DNA of 64,000 nucleotides from an uncultured Gemmatimonadales bacterium. GTDB taxonomy: Bacteria; Gemmatimonadota; Gemmatimonadetes; Gemmatimonadales; GWC2-71-9. The stretch is from contig CAVSLV010000003.1 in assembly GCA_963728915.1 (NCBI GenBank), positions 128,001 to 192,000 of the forward strand. The letters are read 5' to 3'. Of the stretch, positions 9,960 through 19,270 are shown piece by piece. The position numbers were made by a program, and so were the translations under genes. Every line of letters begins with the position of its first letter. Within the stretch, counting starts at the first letter, position 1. Under the pieces are notes generated by a model, which had not been told where the DNA came from, made no database searches, and worked only from the letters and a program-made list of their open reading frames with translations.

Positions 9960-11062
9960 GCTTCGGCACCAACTTTCTTCCCGGCCCCACCGACGTCCAT
10001 CCGGAAGTGCTCGCCGCCCAGGCCCAGCCGATGTTCTCGCACCGGGGACCGCGGATGCGCCGGCTGCTGGAGGAAGTCGAGCCGGGCCTTCAGGAGTGCT
10101 TCGGGACCCGCCAGCCGGTCTTCATCCAGACCTGCTCGGGGACGGGGCTGCTCGAGGCCGCGGTCCGCAACGGAGTGCGGAAACGGGTGCTGGTCGTCGT
10201 GAGCGGTTTTTTCGGCGAGTACTTCGCGCGGGTGGCGGAAGGCTGCGGCAAGGAAGTCGTGCGCCTGCACGTTCATCCCGGCGCGACGATCTCTCCCGAC
10301 CAGCTGGAAGAGTTCCTCGACGGCCCTCCGGTCGATGCGGTGTTCGTGGTGCATTCGGAATCCTCGACCGGTGCGCTGGCGGATATTCCGGCGCTTGCGA
10401 CGGTGGTGCACCGGCGAGACGACGTGCTGTTCCTGGTGGACGGAGTCACCTCCGTTGGGGCGATGCCGATCGAGATGGACCGCTGGGGCGCGGATTACTA
10501 CTGCACCGGCTCGCAGAAGGCGCTGGCGCTTCCCCCCGGCCTCGCCTTCGGTGTCGCCAGCGACGCGTTCCGGGCCCGGGCCGAGCGCCAGCCGGATGCG
10601 GGCTACTACTTCTCGGCTCGAAAACTCATCAGCATTGCGCGGGACCATCTGCCCTGGTGGACTCCGGCGGTCTCCCTGCTTCTCGCGCTCGAGTGCCAGA
10701 TGCGGCGGATTCAGGAGGCGGGCGGCTGGCCGGCCCGGTGGGAGCGCCACCGGCGAATGCGCGACGTCGTGGACCGCTGGATTTCGACTCGCCCTGACCC
10801 CCGGCTCATGACGCCCGACGGGGTGGCGCGTTCACCGGCGATTTCCTCGGTGGTGCTGCCGGAGCGGTTCCGGGGCGCCCGGGTCATCGAGGAGCTCGAG
10901 CGGCGCGGGTTTCTGGTCGGCGGCGCGCTGGATCCCCGGCACGGCCAGATCGTGAGAATCGGTCACATGGGGGATCTCGAGCCCATCCATCTCGAACGAT
11001 TGCTGACGGAAATCGAAACCATTCTTCTGGAACGCGATCAACTGCCCGAAAATCAGCGCTGA
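9956..11062 (+). CDS. Class V PLP aminotransferase (serine-pyruvate/alanine-glyoxylate type)
   Basis: FLPGPT, SHRG, VHSESSTG, VDGVTS, TGSQKALALPPG and RIGHMG. Confidence 0.88.
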   Translation: MSFGTNFLPGPTDVHPEVLAAQAQPMFSHRGPRMRRLLEEVEPGLQECFGTRQPVFIQTCSGTGLLEAAVRNGVRKRVLVVVSGFFGEYFARVAEGCGKEVVRLHVHPGATISPDQLEEFLDGPPVDAVFVVHSESSTGALADIPALATVVHRRDDVLFLVDGVTSVGAMPIEMDRWGADYYCTGSQKALALPPGLAFGVASDAFRARAERQPDAGYYFSARKLISIARDHLPWWTPAVSLLLALECQMRRIQEAGGWPARWERHRRMRDVVDRWISTRPDPRLMTPDGVARSPAISSVVLPERFRGARVIEELERRGFLVGGALDPRHGQIVRIGHMGDLEPIHLERLLTEIETILLERDQLPENQR

Positions 11063-11134
11063 AGCCCGTTGCAGCCTGTGCGTGACGATCCGGAATGCAC
11101 GTCTCTCCCCGGTACTTCTCACAGGATGCTGCTC

Positions 11135-11920
11135 ATGCAACTTGATCGTACTCTCCGGCTGGCTCTCGTCATCGGTCTCGGACTGGCGGGGTGCAGCAAG
11201 GACGAAACCGGCCCGTCCGACGACACCAACCTCAATGATGATCTTGCCACCAGCATCGGATTCACCGAGGCCCACGACGCGACGCTGGCGACCAATCCCG
11301 GATTCATTCAGGGAAGCATCGGTGCGGGAAACGAATTCCGGGTCACTGCCTGCACGTTCTCGGAGGCCTCGAGCCGCTTCGAATGTCCCTCGGAGACCCT
11401 GGGCGGCTTCACCCTGACGCGCAGCTACAGCTTCACCGACGCGTCCGGGATGGCCCTGACGTCCTTCGATCCGGACCTGGTGGCAGGCTTCAACGTGAAT
11501 GCCCGGCTGGCCGGCGCGGCAAGCCTGGGGAACTGGAGTGGCACCCTCGATTGGCAGCGTGATTTCAGCGTGACCGGAATCTCGCCCACCTCGACGAGCT
11601 GGACCTGGAATGGCACCGGCACGGCCACGATCACCTCGAGCCGCAACACCGTCAGTGGGGATACCCGCACCTACAACCTGGACATCACGACCCAGGTGAG
11701 CGACCTGGTAGTTCCCTACCCCTTGAGTGAAGGGGCCTATCCGACCTCGGGCACGATCACCAAGAACGTATCAGTGACCTACCTCGGCGGAAACTTCGAC
11801 GGACAGACCACGACGCGTACTGTGACCACGACCTTCAACGGGACCCAGACGGCGCGATTGACCATCGGCACCACCGAATGGGATTTGAACCTGACGACCG
11901 GAGCGGTCACCAGGATCTAG
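11135..11920 (+). CDS. Hypothetical Thr-rich beta-strand lipoprotein
   Basis: Lipobox LAGC followed by Thr/Ser/Gly-rich beta-type sequence; start could be 11126. Confidence 0.7.
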   Translation: MQLDRTLRLALVIGLGLAGCSKDETGPSDDTNLNDDLATSIGFTEAHDATLATNPGFIQGSIGAGNEFRVTACTFSEASSRFECPSETLGGFTLTRSYSFTDASGMALTSFDPDLVAGFNVNARLAGAASLGNWSGTLDWQRDFSVTGISPTSTSWTWNGTGTATITSSRNTVSGDTRTYNLDITTQVSDLVVPYPLSEGAYPTSGTITKNVSVTYLGGNFDGQTTTRTVTTTFNGTQTARLTIGTTEWDLNLTTGAVTRI

Positions 11921-11930
11921 GCGGCCCTTT

Positions 11931-13562
11931 CTAGATCTCTCCGCGCTTGGCGAGATTGGCGATTCGCTCGCCGGCGCGGAACGCCAGGGCCATGATGGTC
12001 ATGGTCGGCTGGCCCCGCCCCGACGTCACCATGCTGCTCCCGTCGCACAGGAACAGATTGGGGACCTCGTGGGTTCGGTGGTCCGGATCGATGACGGAGG
12101 TTTTGGGGTTCTTTCCCATCCGGCAGGTGCCAAGGAGGTGGGCGGTGCCGCCCGAGACCCCGGCATCCGGACCCCACACTTTCTGGGCGCCCGCCGCATC
12201 GAGAATTTCCTTCGACCGGTCGATCATGAACTGCATGATCTTGATGTCGTCGGGATGGTCGGTGTAAGTGATCCGGAGCGCGGGAAGACCCCAGTCGTCC
12301 TTGACGTTCGGATCGAGCGTGACCCGGTTGGTCTCCACCGGAAGCGACGTGGTGTGGCCGGCCGACATCATGGTGCGGTTGAAGTAGTCGGCCAGCATGT
12401 GCTTGTAGGCGCTGCCCCACTGGGGCGCGTCCTGGGGCAGCCCGCCCAGGCCCCACACGATCGGGTACTGCTGGAACCGGGCATCGATGCCGCCGCCACC
12501 GTAGAAGCCCCGCTTGGGGTCGCTGTCGTAGAAATCGTGCATGTTCCGGGTGACCTGCACGCTCTTGAACTCGTTGAGCGGATGCTCGAACAGACCCAAG
12601 GTGCCGGTGTTCCCGTTGAACATGAGGTGCTTGCCCACGTAGCCGCTCGAGTTGGCCAGCCCGTCGGGGAACCGGCTGGAGGCCGACATGAGCAGGAGCT
12701 TGGGGGTTTCCGCGCCGTTGCAGGAGAGAATCACCGCGCGGGCCGGCTGGAACTGCTCCATCTTGTCGGCGTCAAAGTAGGTCACCCCGGTCGCCCGGCC
12801 CTTCGGGTCCATCTCCACCCGGCGCACGTAGCTGTTGGGCCGCACTTCGCACTTGCCGGTCGCCTCGGCCACCGGAATCACCGAGGCCAGGCTCGAGCTC
12901 TTCGCGCCGAATTCGCATCCGAACCCGATGCAGTAGCCGCAATGCTGGCACGGGGTACGGCCATTATGGGGCTGGGAGATGATCGCCATCGGGGCGGGCT
13001 GGGCATGATAACCCAGTTTCTTGCAGCCCTTCTCGAACAACACCCCGGAGGATTTCACCGGAAGCGGCGGGAGTGGATACGGCTTGGACCGGGGCGGATC
13101 GAAGGGACCGGGCGCGCCCGAAACGCCGACCTCCCATTCGACCATGGTGTAATAGGGTTCGAGTTCGGCGTAGGTAATCGGCCAATCGGCGAGGTTGGCG
13201 CCCGGCACCGCGCCGAGCTTGCTCCGCTCGATGAAGTCGATCTCGTGGAGTCGCCAGTAGTTGGCGGTGAAATGGACGCTGCTTCCGCCCACGATGCTCG
13301 CCCGGAAGATCCCGCCGCCCCCGACTCTCGCTTCTTCGTCGGTCCTCTTGCGCCAGGTCACCGGCGTCTTGGGCCCGAGCTCGCTGTTCACCCAGTAGGC
13401 GAATTCATCGTGCTTGAACTGGGACGGGGTCATCCGGGGCCCCATCTCCATGAGCACCACCGAATGTCCCCGGGTGGAGAGCTGCTTGGCCACCACGCCG
13501 CCGGCCGCGCCGGAGCCGACGATGACGAAGTCGACGGTCTCGTTGAGGGGGTATTTCATCAT
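11931..13562 (-). CDS. GMC-family flavoprotein oxidoreductase (gluconate 2-dehydrogenase alpha-like)
   Basis: IVGSGAAGG, VGGSSVH, CQHCGYCIGFGC Cys cluster, HLLGTCRMG and PTMTIMALA. Confidence 0.9.
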   Translation of the reverse strand: MMKYPLNETVDFVIVGSGAAGGVVAKQLSTRGHSVVLMEMGPRMTPSQFKHDEFAYWVNSELGPKTPVTWRKRTDEEARVGGGGIFRASIVGGSSVHFTANYWRLHEIDFIERSKLGAVPGANLADWPITYAELEPYYTMVEWEVGVSGAPGPFDPPRSKPYPLPPLPVKSSGVLFEKGCKKLGYHAQPAPMAIISQPHNGRTPCQHCGYCIGFGCEFGAKSSSLASVIPVAEATGKCEVRPNSYVRRVEMDPKGRATGVTYFDADKMEQFQPARAVILSCNGAETPKLLLMSASSRFPDGLANSSGYVGKHLMFNGNTGTLGLFEHPLNEFKSVQVTRNMHDFYDSDPKRGFYGGGGIDARFQQYPIVWGLGGLPQDAPQWGSAYKHMLADYFNRTMMSAGHTTSLPVETNRVTLDPNVKDDWGLPALRITYTDHPDDIKIMQFMIDRSKEILDAAGAQKVWGPDAGVSGGTAHLLGTCRMGKNPKTSVIDPDHRTHEVPNLFLCDGSSMVTSGRGQPTMTIMALAFRAGERIANLAKRGEI

Positions 13563-14140
13563 TGCCCTTTCATCGCTTCGGCGTCGTAGTACCCGAAGGG
13601 CGGCTGGTAGATGCCGTGTGACTCGAAGCCCAGGAGCTTCCAGCCGGTCTGATCCTGATTTCCGCCGTAGGAAGGATTGCTGAACATGCCAATGACCGTG
13701 GCGGACCGGATCGCCCCGAAAAAGGGAGTCTGCTCGATGGACTTGAGCAGCTCATCCTGCTGCTCGGGAGTCAGCGAGGCGAATGCCGTGGCGCCGGGCC
13801 ATTTGGCCGCGGCCTTCTGATTCAGGTCCGCGAGCCCCATGAGGAGCAGCGGTTTCTGTGGAGCGGCGAAGGTCTCCAGCGACTTGTCGAGAAAATGGAC
13901 CACGCCGGCCTCCTTGGCCCCGGGGGTATCGTCGGTCGGGAAGATCCGCATGGTGATTGCCTCGAGGTCCGCCGCCTGCGACGCGGTCAGCACCGCGAAT
14001 TGGTGGGGCGGCGGCGTGGCCACGGCGGATCGGGCATGGGTCAGGGCGGCGTGGAGCTCTTTGGGGTCGGCCAGGAGCCAGGCGGCGCCCGCGGCGCCCG
14101 CGGCAGCGAGAAAGGTGCGGCGGGAAACGGGATCGTTCAT
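13559..14140 (-). CDS. Gluconate 2-dehydrogenase subunit 3-like Tat carrier subunit
   Basis: SRRTFL twin-arginine signal; IFPTDDTPGAKEAGV and FSNPSYGGN..GW; coupled to the GMC gene. Confidence 0.88.
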   Translation of the reverse strand: MNDPVSRRTFLAAAGAAGAAWLLADPKELHAALTHARSAVATPPPHQFAVLTASQAADLEAITMRIFPTDDTPGAKEAGVVHFLDKSLETFAAPQKPLLLMGLADLNQKAAAKWPGATAFASLTPEQQDELLKSIEQTPFFGAIRSATVIGMFSNPSYGGNQDQTGWKLLGFESHGIYQPPFGYYDAEAMKGQ

Positions 14141-14178
14141 GGAGACTCCGAGGGGGAACGGGTCCAATTTATCGCACT

Positions 14179-15111
14179 CTATTTCATAAAGACACTTTTC
14201 GCGACGAACCAGACATTGGCAGGACGCTCGGCCAGTCGGCGCATGTACCAGGGAAACCACGATTTCCCATAACTGATGAGGGTCTTGACCACGCGACCGT
14301 CCGCGACCAGCTGCTTCTGCTCCGCCATCCGGATCCCGTAGAGCATGTGGATCTCGTACTTCCCGTTGGTGACACCGAGCTCGCCGGCCCGGGTGACGAT
14401 CCGGCGCACCAGCTGCAGGTCGTGGGTCCCGAAGACCGGCAGCGCGTTTCCGGCTCGCGCGGCGCCGAGGAGCTCGACCGAGAGATCATAATAGGACCGG
14501 TCCACGTCACTCTTGTCGGGAAAGGCCACCGCGGGCGGCTCGGCATAGGCGCCTTTCACGAGCCGCACGATGGGTTTGAGCGGTAGCAGTGAGGCGAGAT
14601 CGGCGGGGGTGCGACGGAGGTAGGCCTGCATGGCCAGCCCGACCTTCGGGTAGCGGCTTCGTAACCCGCGGTAGAGATCCAGAGTCCGATCGACGTAACT
14701 CGAATCCTCCATGTCGATCCAGAGGACGGTGCCGCTGGCCTGGGCTCTGGCGGCAAGGACCTCCAGGTGCTCGGCACAATGTCGCTGGGAAAAATCGAGG
14801 CCGAGCTGGGTGGGCTTGACCGAAACGTGGGCATCCAGCTTTCGCGCGACGATCTGCTCCAGCACCGCAAGGTAGTGGTCGCGCACCTCGGCTGCTTCGG
14901 ATTCGGCGGTGAGGTTCTCGCCCAGCTTGGTGAGCAGGGTACCGAGCCCGGCCGGCGCGAGACGCGCGGCGGCGTCGAGTGCGTCGTCCAGCTCTTCCCC
15001 CGGCATGAACTTCTTGACCGCCCGGAGCACGAAGCGCCGGCGCATCACGTGCTCGGCGAGCCAGCGGCTCTTGGAAAGGCGAAGCAGCGCTTTCCGGGCG
15101 AGGGATGCCAT
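14179..15111 (-). CDS. Monofunctional proline dehydrogenase
   Basis: FMPGE, LGE, SVKPTQLG, IDMEDS, QAYL, RLVKGAY, THD, MLYG and YMRRLAERPAN. Confidence 0.92.
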   Translation of the reverse strand: MASLARKALLRLSKSRWLAEHVMRRRFVLRAVKKFMPGEELDDALDAAARLAPAGLGTLLTKLGENLTAESEAAEVRDHYLAVLEQIVARKLDAHVSVKPTQLGLDFSQRHCAEHLEVLAARAQASGTVLWIDMEDSSYVDRTLDLYRGLRSRYPKVGLAMQAYLRRTPADLASLLPLKPIVRLVKGAYAEPPAVAFPDKSDVDRSYYDLSVELLGAARAGNALPVFGTHDLQLVRRIVTRAGELGVTNGKYEIHMLYGIRMAEQKQLVADGRVVKTLISYGKSWFPWYMRRLAERPANVWFVAKSVFMK

Positions 15112-15176
15112 AGAAGGTCCGGAATATAGCCATCGATCCGGGCGAATCCCCCGCGATCGCCCTATCTTCGCTCCCG

Positions 15177-16670
<1,494 letters not shown>

Positions 16671-16684
16671 GCGGTTTCCTCTCT

Positions 16685-19156
16685 TCAGCCACGGCGCGCC
16701 AGCGGCGTGCTGCCCTCGGAGCTCTCGATTCGCTGGCGCTGCTCCTGGACCCGGGGCCAGACGCTGTCCTGCAGGCGTCGAACCTCGGCCTGAAATCGGG
16801 GATCGCCCTCCAGCTTGGCGAACACCGCGGAGCGGAGCACCCGGGGATCGATCCCGGCGGGGGAGTCCGAGAACGCCATGCGCACGTACTGGAGCGCGGG
16901 CTCGACCTCGCCGTTCCAGGCATACCAAGTGGCGAGCTCCTGCGCCGCAATGACCTCGCCGAACACCGCGTCGCCCGTTTCGCTCTCGACCACCCGGTGC
17001 AGCGAATCGACCAGCGCGTGGGCCTCCCGGGTCCGGCCCAGGGCCGCGAGGCAGGCGGCCTTCACGCCGAGATAGGGATACAGATCGAGGGCCGCGCAAT
17101 CGGCGGCTCGATTCTCCAGCAGGAGGGCCAGGCCTTCAATCTGGCGGGGGCGCCGCAGCTCGGGCTCGAGCTCGCCGGCGCGGTGGGCTTCGATCGCCGC
17201 CAGCGCCAGCTTCCCAACCGCGAGGGCCGGCAGCGCCAGGTTGAGATGCCGGGGAGAGGACATCGGATCGAGATCGAGGGCGCGCTGAGCCTGGGCGAGC
17301 GACTCCTCGGTCTTCCCTTCCCGGAGCAGCAACAGGGCGTGCCATCCTGCCACGTCGGCCTCGGCCGCCCGCATCCGGATCGCCCGCTCGAAGTCCCCGC
17401 GCACCTTGTCGATCGGCGCGAAGGTGAGGTACTCGATGTAGGCGAGGAACCCGATCGGCTCGCCCTGGTCGGGCGCGAGACGCGCCGCTCGCTCCGCCAG
17501 GCTCAAGGCCCGTGCGGCGGTGGCGTAGGCGGGAATCGTGGTCTGATAGCCATAGGCGAGCTGCAGGCCGAGGGCGGTCGCCAGCCGGCCGATCGCCTCG
17601 GCGTGGTTCGAGTCGTTGCGAACGGCCAGCTCGAAGAACCGGATCGCCTCGGCGATGCCCTCGGGGGTCCGCCGGCGAAGCGCCTGCTTGCCGGCGAGAA
17701 ACGCCGAGTGGGCCCCTTCCCGCCGGGCCCGGGCCGACGTGGAGATCGCGGGCAGGTCGGCGCCGGAGCCCAGCAGCGAATGGGTCACCCGAGCCACCAC
17801 GTCGCTCACCACGTGGTCGAAATTGGCGGAGTCGGGAGTGTAGGGCGCGGCCCAGAGCTGGGCCATGCTCGAGGCCTCGATGAACTGCACCGAAACCCGT
17901 AATCCGTGAGCCACCTGGCGGGGCTGGAACACCACCAGGTGCTCCACCCCGAGCTGTTCCCCCACCTGCCGCAGGGTCGGGCTGGCGCCCCGCCGGAACA
18001 GGGCGCCGGCCGACATGTAGTTCACCACCGTGAGCCCGGACACCTGGCCCAGGTTGTTGCTGATCCGGTCGACCAGGTCGGCGAGAAGCGCGCTTCCGGT
18101 GGAGTCGTGCTGGTAGTAGTCGGGAGGCAGCAGGGCCACGGTGGCGGCATGGCCGCTGCCCAGCTCCGGCGCCGGGCGGCGACGGAGGCCTAACCCGGCG
18201 AGCGCGAGGATGGCCAGACCGGCCGCGGCGGCGGCGACCCAGCCCCACCGGCGCCGCAGCGACGGCGCGGCCGGCAGAGCGGCGAAGGAATGGCTGCCGC
18301 TCCCCAGCGCTTCCAGGGCGGCCAGCAGCTCGGCGGCGGTCGGAAACCGGTCTCCCGGGAGCTTTTCCAGGCAACGCATGACGATCGCCGCAAAACCGGG
18401 AGGAAGATCGGGACGGACCAGGCCGAGCGGGATCGGGGTCTGCACCGCCTGGGCGACCAGCAGCTGCTGGAACGAAGTCCCCTGGAACGGACGAGTCCCC
18501 GCCAGGAGCTCATATCCCAGGACCCCCACCGCATAGATGTCGGCCCGGTGATCGAGCGACGGGTCGCCGCTCGCCTGTTCCGGCGACATGTATCCCGGTG
18601 TTCCCAGCGTGATGCCGACGCCGGTGACCGGGGTGGAGCTGTCCGCAGGCGCCAGCGCCTTGGAGACCCCGAAATCGGTCACCAGGGCGCTCTTCCCGAC
18701 CAGGAACACGTTGTCCGGCTTGATGTCGCGGTGCACGATCCCCGCCTCGTGGGCGTGGGCCAGCGCATCCACCACATCGATCAGAATCCGGCGGACCTCT
18801 CCAGGCGAGAGCTTCCCTTCGCTTTCCAGGCGGGTCCGCAGAGTCTCACCGCGGATGAACGGCATGGTGTAGTACGGGCCCCGGAGACCACTCCGGTACT
18901 CGATGAATCCGGCGGAAAGCACCGGCACGATGTGGGGATGCTGGAGCTTGACGGCGTGCTGGATCTCGATCCGGAATCGTTCGACGTTGAGGCCCGCCAT
19001 GAGATCGGGCGGGAGCACCTTGACGACGATCTCGCGGTCCAGTCCGGCGTCCTGGGCGACAAAGACCCGGGACATCCCACCCCCCGGGAGCTCGCGGTTC
19101 ACGCGATACCCCGGACCCAACGCAGCTTGAAGCTCGGACTGGAGATCGATGGACAC
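16685..19156 (-). CDS. Membrane Ser/Thr kinase with TolB-N-like and TPR C-terminal region
   Basis: GGGMSRVF, VVKVL, HRDIKPDN, DFG and GTPGYMSPEQ; one TM helix, then helical TPR-like repeats. Start 19156 or 19186. Confidence 0.9.
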   Translation of the reverse strand: MSIDLQSELQAALGPGYRVNRELPGGGMSRVFVAQDAGLDREIVVKVLPPDLMAGLNVERFRIEIQHAVKLQHPHIVPVLSAGFIEYRSGLRGPYYTMPFIRGETLRTRLESEGKLSPGEVRRILIDVVDALAHAHEAGIVHRDIKPDNVFLVGKSALVTDFGVSKALAPADSSTPVTGVGITLGTPGYMSPEQASGDPSLDHRADIYAVGVLGYELLAGTRPFQGTSFQQLLVAQAVQTPIPLGLVRPDLPPGFAAIVMRCLEKLPGDRFPTAAELLAALEALGSGSHSFAALPAAPSLRRRWGWVAAAAAGLAILALAGLGLRRRPAPELGSGHAATVALLPPDYYQHDSTGSALLADLVDRISNNLGQVSGLTVVNYMSAGALFRRGASPTLRQVGEQLGVEHLVVFQPRQVAHGLRVSVQFIEASSMAQLWAAPYTPDSANFDHVVSDVVARVTHSLLGSGADLPAISTSARARREGAHSAFLAGKQALRRRTPEGIAEAIRFFELAVRNDSNHAEAIGRLATALGLQLAYGYQTTIPAYATAARALSLAERAARLAPDQGEPIGFLAYIEYLTFAPIDKVRGDFERAIRMRAAEADVAGWHALLLLREGKTEESLAQAQRALDLDPMSSPRHLNLALPALAVGKLALAAIEAHRAGELEPELRRPRQIEGLALLLENRAADCAALDLYPYLGVKAACLAALGRTREAHALVDSLHRVVESETGDAVFGEVIAAQELATWYAWNGEVEPALQYVRMAFSDSPAGIDPRVLRSAVFAKLEGDPRFQAEVRRLQDSVWPRVQEQRQRIESSEGSTPLARRG

Positions 19157-19212
19157 GGTCGAGCCACGCCTATCTGCTTGAGCCACCGGAATGTACGAGA
19201 AGCCGGGTTTGC

Positions 19213-19240
19213 TTGACAGACCACCCTCCGGTCGTACGTT
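19213..19240 (+). promoter_or_regulatory. Putative sigma70 promoter of the histidine-kinase cassette
   Basis: TTGACA (19213-19218), 16-nt spacer, TACGTT (19235-19240). Confidence 0.6.
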
Positions 19241-19270
19241 CCGTGATCCCGGTCAAGCGGAGGAACTCCC

